The notes under the pieces are model-generated. The model was not told the DNA's origin. It did no database searches and saw only the letters and a list, made by a program, of their open reading frames with translations. From Pedosphaera sp. (GTDB taxonomy: Bacteria > Verrucomicrobiota > Verrucomicrobiia > Limisphaerales > SIBH01), in assembly GCA_031414955.1 (NCBI GenBank), contig JANOQV010000153.1, positions 1-21,953 of the forward strand: a DNA stretch of 21,953 nucleotides. Reading direction: 5' to 3'. The position numbers were made by a program, and so were the translations under genes. This document shows positions 9,105 to 17,505 of this stretch, piece by piece (the stretch's first letter is position 1; each line of letters opens with the position of its first letter).

Positions 9105-11153
9105 CTATGGTCCCATCCGCGTGGATTCTCTCGCCAGGGCGGCATCCAATTCCACGAGCGCGGCGCGCATTTCAGTTACGCAGGCATACCGCAAACTCCG
9201 GTCGGGATGGCAGGCCTTGAAAATGATCGGACTCAGGCGGATGAAATCCGGGTGGCGGTTCCGATCCACGAGGGTGGTGGAGATTTCCGGGAAGGCCGCC
9301 GGTTTGTTCCCGGTGGTGATGACATAAAGCATCATGCCCAGACCATAGATGTCCGCCTGCGGTGTGCCGGGCGGCTCCGGATCAGGAGGCATGAACCCCG
9401 GCGTGCCCACCAGGCTGATCTCCTGCGCGGACCGGTAGGAATCTGTCACCAGCCCGACGTCGGCGAGCTTGGGCAGTCCGTTCACGAAGATGATGTTGCG
9501 CGGCTTGATGTCGCGGTGCGCGAGTCCTTGCTCGTGCAGGAACTGCAACGGCTCGCAAAGCTGCGCGCAGATGCGCAGGCACTCGCGCGCCGGCAAGCGG
9601 CCGCCGTGGGCCGCACACTTGGTCGCGAGATCAAGCGGCTGATACGGGATGGACTTCCTCTCCCAGTCCGGATCGGACGCGTCGCCCAGTTCCATGGCGT
9701 AATAGAAATAGCCCTGCGGTTTCATCCGGCTCACGAAGTCGATGCGCAACAGGCCGGGGTGCTTGTCGGCCACGCGCTTGTAATGCTCAATGCCGCGAAA
9801 CTCGCGTTCGTAGGGGGAAAGATCGCCCTCGAACTTCGCGCGGAAAATCATCTTGATGGCCTGCCATTGGCCGACGGCATTCCGCGCCAGCCACACCTGG
9901 CCGTAGGCACCTTTGCCGAAGGGCGGCTGGACCAGTTCGTAATCTGGCACTTCCACCGGTGCCTCTAGGGCGGGCACGGGGTGGGCGTGATCTCCCACCG
10001 CAGGCACCATGATCGTGCTTACGCGCGTGAACCCGGCGGCACGGCGACGCCATAACGCGAAGCCCAGCGCCAGCGGCACCTGGCCTCCGGCAATGATCAG
10101 CCACGGGAACCAGAAGTTACTGAAATAGGACAGGCTGGCCGCCCCGATCAAAACCAGCAACGCCGCTCCCGTGGCCAGGAGGCAGGCTGTCACCCGGCCC
10201 GTTCGCACGAGCCTTCCCAGCCCCAGGCCCGTGAGCAGCAGCAGCAGCCCTTCCGCCCACCACGGCGCGCGGCGAAGCCAGTCCTGATGCAGGAGATTCA
10301 GAAACTCGGTGGCCAGGATTTCCACCCCGCCCACCGCCCCCCTTGTCCCGGTGAAAGGCGTGGAGAACTCGTCGTGCTCGCCATTGGGCCGGTCGTCGGC
10401 CGGCTCGCTGCCAATGAAGACCATCTTGTCCCGGAAGAACCCCGCCGGTTGTTTCTTGGCCGTGAAATAACTGAGGTTGGTCCAGGCCCAGTCCGGCGCG
10501 TAGTAACGGATCCAGCGCTCCTTCGGCTGATTGCCCAAGCGCGCGCCGGCTCTTTGTGCCGCGACCCAGGCCAGGCTGTCGTAATTGCCCGGCGAGGGAA
10601 ACCGCCAGTGCTGTCGCACCACTCCGTCGCGATTCGTGGCCACGCTGCCCACGCCGTAATTCGTGGCCCCGACGGCCTGGATGAACAACTCCAGCGGCGG
10701 CAGCGGGCGGGCACTGGAGATTCCCGGCTGGTCGGGCTTGGGGGCGACGTATTCATTCGTCTGCTTGGCCATCAAGACCACGTTTGACATCCGTCGCAGG
10801 GCTGCGGCCAGCGCCAGGTCGTCGTCGGGACGGCCCGCCTGGCGGAAGAAGACATCGAAAACCACCAGCGGGCAGCCATCGGCGGCCAGCCGTTCCAGGA
10901 GCCGGGTGTGCGGCTTTCGATCCAGGGCGGACTCGCGGCTCTGTCCCGTGCGGGTGTAGAAATCTTCGTCCAGGCGGATGAGAACCACGCTGCTGGTGAT
11001 CGCGCGGGTGCCGAAGTGGCAGAGGGAGTCGTAGCTCGCGTTGCGCCATGGTTCACCCACGTCCAGGAACCAGAGCGCCAGCCCGAGGATCGCCGCCAGC
11101 CCGCCTGTGATCCAGGGCCGCCGATTTCGGGTGTTGAGTGGGGTGTCGCTCAA
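9105..11153 (-). CDS. CHASE2-domain membrane Ser/Thr protein kinase, about 682 aa
   Basis: N-terminal TM, CHASE2 (VVLIRLDED, LVVFDVFF, DDDLALAAAL, DGVVR, FRDKMVFIG, DEFSTP, GVEILATEFLNLL), 3 TMs, then kinase (FGKGAYGQVW, AIK, HRDIKPRN, LADVGL, GTPGFMPP, ADIYGLG). Start placed at TTG 11153 because the track start overlaps the divergent lipoprotein gene. Confidence 0.9.
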   Translation of the reverse strand: MSDTPLNTRNRRPWITGGLAAILGLALWFLDVGEPWRNASYDSLCHFGTRAITSSVVLIRLDEDFYTRTGQSRESALDRKPHTRLLERLAADGCPLVVFDVFFRQAGRPDDDLALAAALRRMSNVVLMAKQTNEYVAPKPDQPGISSARPLPPLELFIQAVGATNYGVGSVATNRDGVVRQHWRFPSPGNYDSLAWVAAQRAGARLGNQPKERWIRYYAPDWAWTNLSYFTAKKQPAGFFRDKMVFIGSEPADDRPNGEHDEFSTPFTGTRGAVGGVEILATEFLNLLHQDWLRRAPWWAEGLLLLLTGLGLGRLVRTGRVTACLLATGAALLVLIGAASLSYFSNFWFPWLIIAGGQVPLALGFALWRRRAAGFTRVSTIMVPAVGDHAHPVPALEAPVEVPDYELVQPPFGKGAYGQVWLARNAVGQWQAIKMIFRAKFEGDLSPYEREFRGIEHYKRVADKHPGLLRIDFVSRMKPQGYFYYAMELGDASDPDWERKSIPYQPLDLATKCAAHGGRLPARECLRICAQLCEPLQFLHEQGLAHRDIKPRNIIFVNGLPKLADVGLVTDSYRSAQEISLVGTPGFMPPDPEPPGTPQADIYGLGMMLYVITTGNKPAAFPEISTTLVDRNRHPDFIRLSPIIFKACHPDRSLRYACVTEMRAALVELDAALARESTRMGP

Positions 11154-11307
11154 AGTGACCGCGCGGTGATGCCGCAAATTTTCCAAATTTTTGCGCTTTA
11201 CCCCGCGCCGGCACAAGTGGCAAACACGGGTCGAACAGCAACCGCTTCGGGCATCCGGGAACGCAGCCAGCCAAGTCCCAGGGCCGGGGCAAAACAAAAC
11301 AAAGCCG

Positions 11308-12108
11308 ATGAAAACAAAATTCCTCTCCCAACTGTTTGTGCCCCTGATGGTCGTCGTGTTGGTGGGATGCGTCCACGACAAGCCCCCCGGCCCCGCCGCG
11401 GCGAAAGTCGGGATAAAGTCCGCGTGGCCCAAGCCAGACAAGGGCGTGAAGGTCTATTCCCATCCCGAGGATCAGGTGGTGCATAGCAACGAGGTGGCGT
11501 GTTTCACGGTGTTGGCCGATCCGGATGACACGAAGAAACACAAATCACTCGCCTACCAGTGGTTGAGAGATGAAGTCCCTCTGACCAATGATATCCGGAT
11601 CAGTGGGGTCACCAATGCCACGCTGGTTCTCAGCAATGTGACGCTTTCCGACATAGCCTTCTACTCCTGTAAAGTCTCCACCGTGGATGACACGGGAAAG
11701 CTAGGCCCGGCGGTGAATGTGACCAGCGTGGATCGGGAATTTCCGGGCGCACAACTGTTTGTCTTTGTCGGAACCAACACCACCTACAGCGGTCCTTATG
11801 CGTCCGGCACCGGCACCAAGCCCTGCGTGGGCAGCTATCTTGGGAAGACGACGTTCAAGTCAACAACCACGAGCACCTGGTTTTCCCGCCCCAGCGGGAC
11901 TACCCAATGCACCGCCACGTATATTCCTGGAACCAATACGTGCGGCGTCATGATTCAGGTGGTTGATACGGCACTTTGGAGCAGGTGCGGCTCGGAGGCG
12001 ATTACCTTCACCACCAAAGCACCGCCGACCTACAAGTATCAATTCACCGCCTACGTCACAAACGGCCCGGTGCCGGCGACGCTCACGCTTGACCTTAACT
12101 GGTTCTGA
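11308..12108 (+). CDS. Lipoprotein with immunoglobulin-like domain and Cys/Thr-rich C-terminal beta domain, 266 aa
   Basis: MKTKFLSQLFVPLMVVVLVG-C21 lipobox; Ig motif YQWLRD...ISGVTNATLVLSNVTLSDIAFYSCKV. Confidence 0.85.
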   Translation: MKTKFLSQLFVPLMVVVLVGCVHDKPPGPAAAKVGIKSAWPKPDKGVKVYSHPEDQVVHSNEVACFTVLADPDDTKKHKSLAYQWLRDEVPLTNDIRISGVTNATLVLSNVTLSDIAFYSCKVSTVDDTGKLGPAVNVTSVDREFPGAQLFVFVGTNTTYSGPYASGTGTKPCVGSYLGKTTFKSTTTSTWFSRPSGTTQCTATYIPGTNTCGVMIQVVDTALWSRCGSEAITFTTKAPPTYKYQFTAYVTNGPVPATLTLDLNWF

Positions 12109-12123
12109 GGAAGGAATTCCGGA

Positions 12124-15100
12124 TCAGAAATCAAACTGGAGGCGGGCCAGGAATGTCCTCTCCCGGGGGAGCGCTTGATGATAATTGAGCGGGTTCAAGT
12201 GGTAGTTTTGGTCAGTCAGGTTTAGCATACCCACCGTCAGTTGCATTTTGCGTCGCGGAAACCTGTAGCCCGCAAACACATCGAATTGCCACAACTCGGT
12301 GTCCGGCCGGGTGCCTGAGTATCCGCCGTTCTGCTGCCCGTGCCAGCGTGTTTGAAACTGGCCGAAGAAACCGCTGGGATGATTGTAGATGACGTGAAGT
12401 TTCAAGTCATGCAGCAGCGCGGACTGGCGTTGGCGGGCATGAAAAGGAGCATAGGTCGCCGTGGTCGGCGTCACTTCGGGAAATTCATCCTCGAGCGTGG
12501 CCTCACTCAGTCGATAGCGCGCGCCGAAGACCCACTCGTCCGCGACCAATTGATCCAAGCTGACCAGCAACGATCGCTCCTCATAGTCCAGATTTTCCCG
12601 GATGCGGGAGGGGAAGACAAAGTCGCTCACGGACACGTCCAGGGTGTAAGCACCGAAATGTCGCGGCACTTTGGAGTTCAGCCATTGACCGGCCAGGCCG
12701 AAATACGTCTCGGTCGCCAACCGCTGTTCCCATGAAAATGAGTAGGTCTCGAACTGGGCTCCAGCATTGGCTCCAGCGATGGCCTCCGGAATCAGGCTGC
12801 GGAAAGATTGGTTGATTCCCGCGACGTGGGTCGGCTCGAGACTCAGTCCCTGATCAACACCTGCACCGCCCAGGGATTGCGTGTAGGCGGCTCGCACCGC
12901 CGAGCCGGCCGTGGGGCTCCAGACCAATCCGGCCTTGGGCAGAATTTTGTCGATCTTTTTTTCGCGTTCGGAGAACGGCGTGGCGCGAAAGTTCTCCGGG
13001 TAGCGAAGCCAGTCGTAACTGATCCCACCGACCAGCAGCAAGTGGTCGCCCAGGTGGAGGCTCTCGTAGCCATAAACACTCCAGCGCTCGAAACCGACCC
13101 GGATGTCCTGGAAGGTGCCTTGCTCGGAAAAAATACCGACGAGATCGGACGGGTTCACATTGGCGTTTTGGATCCGGAAATTACCCGACTGAAACCTTCC
13201 GCCGATCACCGCGCTTTGGAGCGGCGTCTGCCAAATTTGCTGCGCTTCCGCCGTGTAAAGTTCAAGCCGGGTGCGCGAGAATTGCTCAATGTTGACCGGA
13301 CGGACGCCAAGCAGATTGCCGGCTGATACTCCTTTGATGATGATATACGCCTGTGGATCGGCCACCTGGTAGGTGTCATCGAAACGGCCGCCGAGCAGGA
13401 GCGTGTGGGAACCGGGCGCCCATTCGCGGTGATAGCCCAGGGCCAGCGTTGGCTCCTGCGTTTCACGTGTGCGCAGTTTCAAGTTTGGGCCACCCTGGTC
13501 ATACCTGAGTTCGGGATCGTAGCGTGGGGAACGATCCCCTCCCTCCACCTCGTCGGTGCCCACCCGGAAATACAGGCTGTCCTGCCTGGTGAGGGCCTGT
13601 TTCAAATGCAGGCGGAGTTCAGTCTCTTCAACATCTCCGTTCCGCTCCTGTCCGGCGTCTGAGCGGTACAGCCCCTCCAGCAGGAAGGCGCTGTTTTGAT
13701 ACGTGGCATGCACCGCTCCTTGCTCGGTCCAAGTGCCACGGCTGAGGTATTCCGCCGACGCAGTCACGCCGACGCGGTCTTTCTCAAACAGGCGCGAGTA
13801 CTCCTGCTGGGAAACGCTTTGGGCGAGCAATCCGCCGCCCACGGGAGCCAGCAGATTGGCAATCAGATACTCGCTCTCGGCTACCGAGTCGTAGCGGAGG
13901 TTGATGCGGTTTGGATCGCGCATCGCATCGTAGCTGTTGGCCAGGAACAGGTGGGCGGCGTGGTTGCCGTAATCCGCGCTCACCGCCCGCCCAGCTTCGC
14001 TCAGACTCCACTCGGTCAAGCCCGCGTCGCCGTAGATGCGGGCGAGGTTGGCGCTTTGCACGGCTTCATCCTGATCCAGCAGGAACCGGGACCGGTAAAC
14101 ACTGCGGTTGTCATTCAACGCCTGGGCTTGCTCCAGATCACGGATGGCCTCGTTGATGCGGTTGTGGTCGGCCTTCAGGAGTGCGGAGTAAAGCCAGACG
14201 GTTGGATCTTTTTCATCGAGTCCCTGGGCCAGTTCGAGTTCATGCAAAGCGCGAACTTTGTTGCCAGCGTCCCCAAAGGCCTTGCCCAGATAGCTGCGCA
14301 GTTGGGCGCGGCGTGGCTCGAGCGAGGCGGCGATGAGCAGGTCTTCACGACCGCCGGCCGCGTCGCCCCGGCGGATGCGGCAGAGGCCGCGGCCCAGCCA
14401 GGCGTTGCCCAGGGCGGCGTCGAGGGTGATGGCCTCGTCAAAGCGTGCGGTGGCCTCGCGCGGCTGGTTCTGCGCGGCGAGCAGGAATCCTTGCAATGCC
14501 ACGGCCTGGGCGTTGCGGGGCGCGACGGCCAGGCTTTGCTCCAGCGCGGCGCTGGCTTGGGCGGTGCGGCCGAAGCTGAACTCGAGCTCGGCCACACGCG
14601 CGGAGGCGAATCCAAACAACGGCGAGTTCGTCGCCGCACGTTTTGCGAAATCCAAAGCGCGATTCAGGGTCGCGTCACCGCCGGCGCGAGATTGTTCGTA
14701 GTAGGAGGCGGCCAGTAATTCGGTGGTCAGCTCCGGCGGGCCGGAGGGCAGAGCGGATTCGAGTCGGACGGCTGCGATCTGTCGTCGCAACGCGGAGGCG
14801 AGCCGCCGCCCGCGCTCCGAGGCGTTGGCTTGTTCGATTTGCCCAAGCGCCGCCTCCGCCTGTTCCACCTCGCCGACCGAGAGCAGCAGGGCCGCTTGAT
14901 AAACTCGTTCGGCCTCGGATCCCGGCTGGCGCAGGCCATAAGCCGCCAGTGCCGCCAGCAGGTCGCCCTGGCGATAGGCGGCGAGTGATGGCGCGAGGGC
15001 CGTTTGCTCGGCGGGCGTGAACGGGAGTTCTCCCGGATCGAGCACGGCCGGATAATAAAGCGCCCATTGCAACAGGTTGTTGGCCAAGAACCCGGCCGTG

Positions 15101-15678
15101 CGCGCCGGGGCCGCGCCTGGTGCGGCCACGGCTTGCTGGCCATTAGTCAGGGGCAACGCGCCCAAGGCGTTGGTGAAACGAACCACACCGTCGATCACCG
15201 AGATGGTGGTGCCGGGCGGCTCCCCCGCCACATCGACGGCGATGACGAATTCCGTTCCCTCCACACCGGCATCGGCATCCCGGCTCGTGGCTCGCGTGCT
15301 TCCCGGATCGCCGCGATGAACAAAGGAAAGGATGCCCTTGAAGATATGCAGGCCGGGCTGCGCGCGGGGCCGGGCCAGCGGTAGAATTTCCACTTCCGAC
15401 TGGGCGCGCATCCTCCAAGTGGTGTTGTCCGCCCAGCGCAGCGTGGCCCGGCTGCTCGGGCCGGTGCGGAGCCGGTCGCCGACCCGCACCACCTGGTCCG
15501 TTTGCGTGCGAATCCAGCGGGCGCCGCGATCGGTGGAGATTTCCATCGTGCCCTGGAGTTGGACCACGCGAATCTCGCCGGCACCTTCCTGGGCCTGGGC
15601 CGTGGGCGGGACCAGCGCGAGCCACGCGGTGACGGAGAGCAGCGTCCACCAAGCAGGTCTCTGAAGAAATAGGTGCAT
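12124..15678 (-). CDS. FecR-domain / TPR / TonB-receptor-like beta-barrel outer-membrane protein (NsrA-like architecture), about 1184 aa
   Basis: Signal peptide (...TAQA), FecR motifs (VRVGDRLRTGPSSRATL, AGVEGTEF, ISVIDGVVRF), TPR helices (PRNAQAVALQGFLL, AWLGRGL, LRSYLGKA), amphipathic beta strands, terminal NLTDQNY...ARLQFDF with C-terminal Phe. Start uncertain (several upstream ATGs). Confidence 0.9.
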   Translation of the reverse strand: MHLFLQRPAWWTLLSVTAWLALVPPTAQAQEGAGEIRVVQLQGTMEISTDRGARWIRTQTDQVVRVGDRLRTGPSSRATLRWADNTTWRMRAQSEVEILPLARPRAQPGLHIFKGILSFVHRGDPGSTRATSRDADAGVEGTEFVIAVDVAGEPPGTTISVIDGVVRFTNALGALPLTNGQQAVAAPGAAPARTAGFLANNLLQWALYYPAVLDPGELPFTPAEQTALAPSLAAYRQGDLLAALAAYGLRQPGSEAERVYQAALLLSVGEVEQAEAALGQIEQANASERGRRLASALRRQIAAVRLESALPSGPPELTTELLAASYYEQSRAGGDATLNRALDFAKRAATNSPLFGFASARVAELEFSFGRTAQASAALEQSLAVAPRNAQAVALQGFLLAAQNQPREATARFDEAITLDAALGNAWLGRGLCRIRRGDAAGGREDLLIAASLEPRRAQLRSYLGKAFGDAGNKVRALHELELAQGLDEKDPTVWLYSALLKADHNRINEAIRDLEQAQALNDNRSVYRSRFLLDQDEAVQSANLARIYGDAGLTEWSLSEAGRAVSADYGNHAAHLFLANSYDAMRDPNRINLRYDSVAESEYLIANLLAPVGGGLLAQSVSQQEYSRLFEKDRVGVTASAEYLSRGTWTEQGAVHATYQNSAFLLEGLYRSDAGQERNGDVEETELRLHLKQALTRQDSLYFRVGTDEVEGGDRSPRYDPELRYDQGGPNLKLRTRETQEPTLALGYHREWAPGSHTLLLGGRFDDTYQVADPQAYIIIKGVSAGNLLGVRPVNIEQFSRTRLELYTAEAQQIWQTPLQSAVIGGRFQSGNFRIQNANVNPSDLVGIFSEQGTFQDIRVGFERWSVYGYESLHLGDHLLLVGGISYDWLRYPENFRATPFSEREKKIDKILPKAGLVWSPTAGSAVRAAYTQSLGGAGVDQGLSLEPTHVAGINQSFRSLIPEAIAGANAGAQFETYSFSWEQRLATETYFGLAGQWLNSKVPRHFGAYTLDVSVSDFVFPSRIRENLDYEERSLLVSLDQLVADEWVFGARYRLSEATLEDEFPEVTPTTATYAPFHARQRQSALLHDLKLHVIYNHPSGFFGQFQTRWHGQQNGGYSGTRPDTELWQFDVFAGYRFPRRKMQLTVGMLNLTDQNYHLNPLNYHQALPRERTFLARLQFDF

Positions 15679-15788
15679 AGGAATTACCCCAAGATTCATC
15701 CGCTTCGACATATTGGTACCAAATGCTCTCATTCCTGGGCAAGGCTGCCGGCGGACGATCCTCGCGCGACCCAACTCACCCAAGATCA

Positions 15789-15816
15789 ATACGGGGAACA
15801 CCGCCAAATCTTTCAC
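15789..15816 (-). promoter_or_regulatory. ECF-type promoter candidate facing the outer-membrane receptor gene
   Basis: Minus strand GTGAAAGATTT-GGCGGTGTTCCC-CGTAT; same boxes and spacing as the plus-strand copy at 15850. Confidence 0.7.
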
Positions 15817-15849
15817 CAAAAATTTCCTTCCATAAAATGTGGAGCCGTC

Positions 15850-15877
15850 GTGAAAGATTTTCCCCCGGCCTCCGTAT
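15850..15877 (+). promoter_or_regulatory. ECF-type promoter candidate facing the small ORF and ECF sigma gene
   Basis: GTGAAAGATTT-TCCCCCGGCCTC-CGTAT; twin of the minus-strand motif 33 nt away. Confidence 0.7.
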
Positions 15878-15910
15878 GGTTAGCAGAGGGCCAGGACTCT
15901 CGAAGACAAC

Positions 15911-16087
15911 ATGACCACGATCGAAACATCGGGTTCCCGCCGCGCAGCGCGCCGTCTGGCGCTGCAACCGACTCCCACCCCGCACGTCCTGGAACGATCA
16001 CGCGCCGCCACCACGCTCACTCCCGCCCAGGCGATCCAGGTGGCGGCGCGCGCCTTCTCCCGCCGGGGGCATCCGGCGGAGAACTGA
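15911..16087 (+). CDS. Putative small Thr/Ser-rich protein, 58 aa
   Basis: MTTIETSGSRRAARRLALQPTPTPHVLERSRAATTLTPAQAIQVAARAFSRRGHPAEN*. First in-range ATG after the promoter motif, purine-rich leader, fills the gap before the sigma gene; absent from the ORF track (shorter than any ORF listed). Confidence 0.45.
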   Translation: MTTIETSGSRRAARRLALQPTPTPHVLERSRAATTLTPAQAIQVAARAFSRRGHPAEN

Positions 16088-16143
16088 CTTGGAAGCCGGG
16101 GTCCGACGGGCTATCAAGGCGGCGGCGGAAATTCTCCGCCGGA

Positions 16144-16773
16144 ATGCGAGGCCAAGCTGAAGAAATAATTCCAACCCGCGCGAGCCTGCTGCTGCGCCTG
16201 AAGGACTGGCGCGATCAGGCGAGCTGGCAGAAATTTTTCGACACTTACTGGCAGTTGATCTACGGCGTGGCCCGCCAGGCCGGTCTCAATGAAACGGAGG
16301 CGCAGGATGTGGTTCAGGAAACCATGCTGGCCGTGGCCAAGCACCTTCCCGGATTCACCTACAATGCCGAGGGCAGCTTCAAGGCCTGGCTGCTCAACAT
16401 GACCCGCTGGCGGATCGTCGATGAAATCCGCCAACGGCCCAAAGCCGACCTGGCCGAATTGGCGGAGCGCGCCGAGGGCGACGGTCCCACCCAGACCCCC
16501 GACTCAGGAATCGACCCGGCGGGCAGCGCGCTGGACACCTTGTGGGAGGCCGAATGGAAGGACGCTCTTTTGAACGCCGCCGTGGCCAGCGTGAAACGCC
16601 GCGTCGAGCCGCGCACTTATCAACTGTTTGATTTCTATGCCAACAAGGACTGGCCGGTGGAGAAAGTCGCTTTGACCTTTGCGGTGTCCGTGGATCAAGT
16701 CTATCTCGCCAAGCATCGCGTCACCGCCCTGCTCAAAGCCGAGGTCGCCCGGCTGGAACGCGAGGCCATTTAG
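16144..16773 (+). CDS. ECF sigma-70 factor of the Ser/Thr-kinase-associated type, 209 aa
   Basis: PTRASLLLRLKD, SWQKFFDTYWQLIY, EAQDVVQET, GSFKAWLLNMTRWRIVD, WEAEW, sigma4 (VEKVALTFAVSVDQVYLAKHRV). ATG 16144 is the likely start, not 15673. Confidence 0.92.
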   Translation: MRGQAEEIIPTRASLLLRLKDWRDQASWQKFFDTYWQLIYGVARQAGLNETEAQDVVQETMLAVAKHLPGFTYNAEGSFKAWLLNMTRWRIVDEIRQRPKADLAELAERAEGDGPTQTPDSGIDPAGSALDTLWEAEWKDALLNAAVASVKRRVEPRTYQLFDFYANKDWPVEKVALTFAVSVDQVYLAKHRVTALLKAEVARLEREAI

Positions 16774-17335
16774 CGCAACTCCACCAGCTCACGGCCAGTC
16801 CGCCAATGACTCCGCCCGCGTGGCACGCAGCCACCGGCACGCCCATCAGTCCGAAATGCAGGAAGGCCAGCGCGACATCGCCCGTGGCGGCCTCGAAGGC
16901 GGCCTTGGCGACCACCACTACGAGCGCGCACCAGCCCGCCCGGCGTTCCCACTGTGCGCCGCTCCGGATCATTTCCACGGCCGAGATCGCCATCAATCCA
17001 TGCGCGACGCCGGACAGTCCGCCGTAGCCTTTTGAGTAAACGACGGACGAAGTGAGCGCGGCCAGCAAACTGCCCAGCGCGCTCGCGGCCACGGCAACCA
17101 GCCTGCGCCGCGAGGACCAGTCCCGCAGTTCCGCGTAGAGCATGAAGAACGCGGCCCCATCGAGCAGCAGGTGGTACCAGGAGACATGGACGAACGGATG
17201 CGTGACCACGCGCCACCACTGGCCTTGGGCCACACGCTTGGGGAAGAAGGCAAACTGTGCGCTCCACGCACCGTGGAACAGCGGCGCGTTCACGAGGGCG
17301 AGAATCACCGCGAAGAGGAGGAGTTCAATCCGCAC
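16733..17335 (-). CDS. rrtA: Rhombosortase (rhomboid-family intramembrane serine protease)
   Basis: GQWWRVVTHPFVHVSWYHLLLD, YGGLSGVAHG (catalytic Ser), K..FE, VAACHAGGVIGG (catalytic His); directly downstream of a GlyGly-CTERM gene. Start is GTG 17335 or GTG 17464; 3' end overlaps the convergent ECF gene by 41 nt. Confidence 0.85.
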   Translation of the reverse strand: MRIELLLFAVILALVNAPLFHGAWSAQFAFFPKRVAQGQWWRVVTHPFVHVSWYHLLLDGAAFFMLYAELRDWSSRRRLVAVAASALGSLLAALTSSVVYSKGYGGLSGVAHGLMAISAVEMIRSGAQWERRAGWCALVVVVAKAAFEAATGDVALAFLHFGLMGVPVAACHAGGVIGGLAVSWWSCAKWPRVPAGRPRL

Positions 17336-17350
17336 CGATGCGCCCTTTCG

Positions 17351-17421
17351 CGGAGCGCCGGACTCCGACCCGGCCGAGTCGCGCGCCGGCTCCACACGCC
17401 GGGTCGGAGACTGGCGCTCCG
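17351..17421. repeat. REP-like palindromic element
   Basis: CGGAGCGCCGGACTCCGACCCGGC (17351-17374) and GCCGGGTCGGAGACTGGCGCTCCG (17398-17421), 22/24 complementary, 23-nt loop. Confidence 0.75.
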
Positions 17422-17472
17422 TTGGAACCGAGCCGGCGAACTGAGTCGTGCGGGTTATCGGCACAAAGCGTG

Positions 17473-17505
17473 GGCCGGGATGGCAGCAACGCCGCCATCC
17501 CGGCC
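17473..17505 (-). terminator. Strong intercistronic stem-loop after the VIT-vWA stop codon (leaky terminator or mRNA stabiliser)
   Basis: Perfect 12-bp stem GGCCGGGATGGC/GCCATCCCGGCC, extendable to 15 bp with one G-U on the minus-strand RNA; 11 nt after the stop; only a weak U tract. Confidence 0.6.

Noticed and set aside
11154..11441. N-terminal extension of the CHASE2 kinase in the ORF track
   Set aside because: Overlaps the divergent lipoprotein gene and intergenic AT-rich elements; the first TM follows TTG 11153.
15673..16143. 157-aa N-terminal extension on the second ECF in the ORF track
   Set aside because: Low-complexity, overlaps the divergent promoters and the receptor start; sigma homology begins at ATG 16144.
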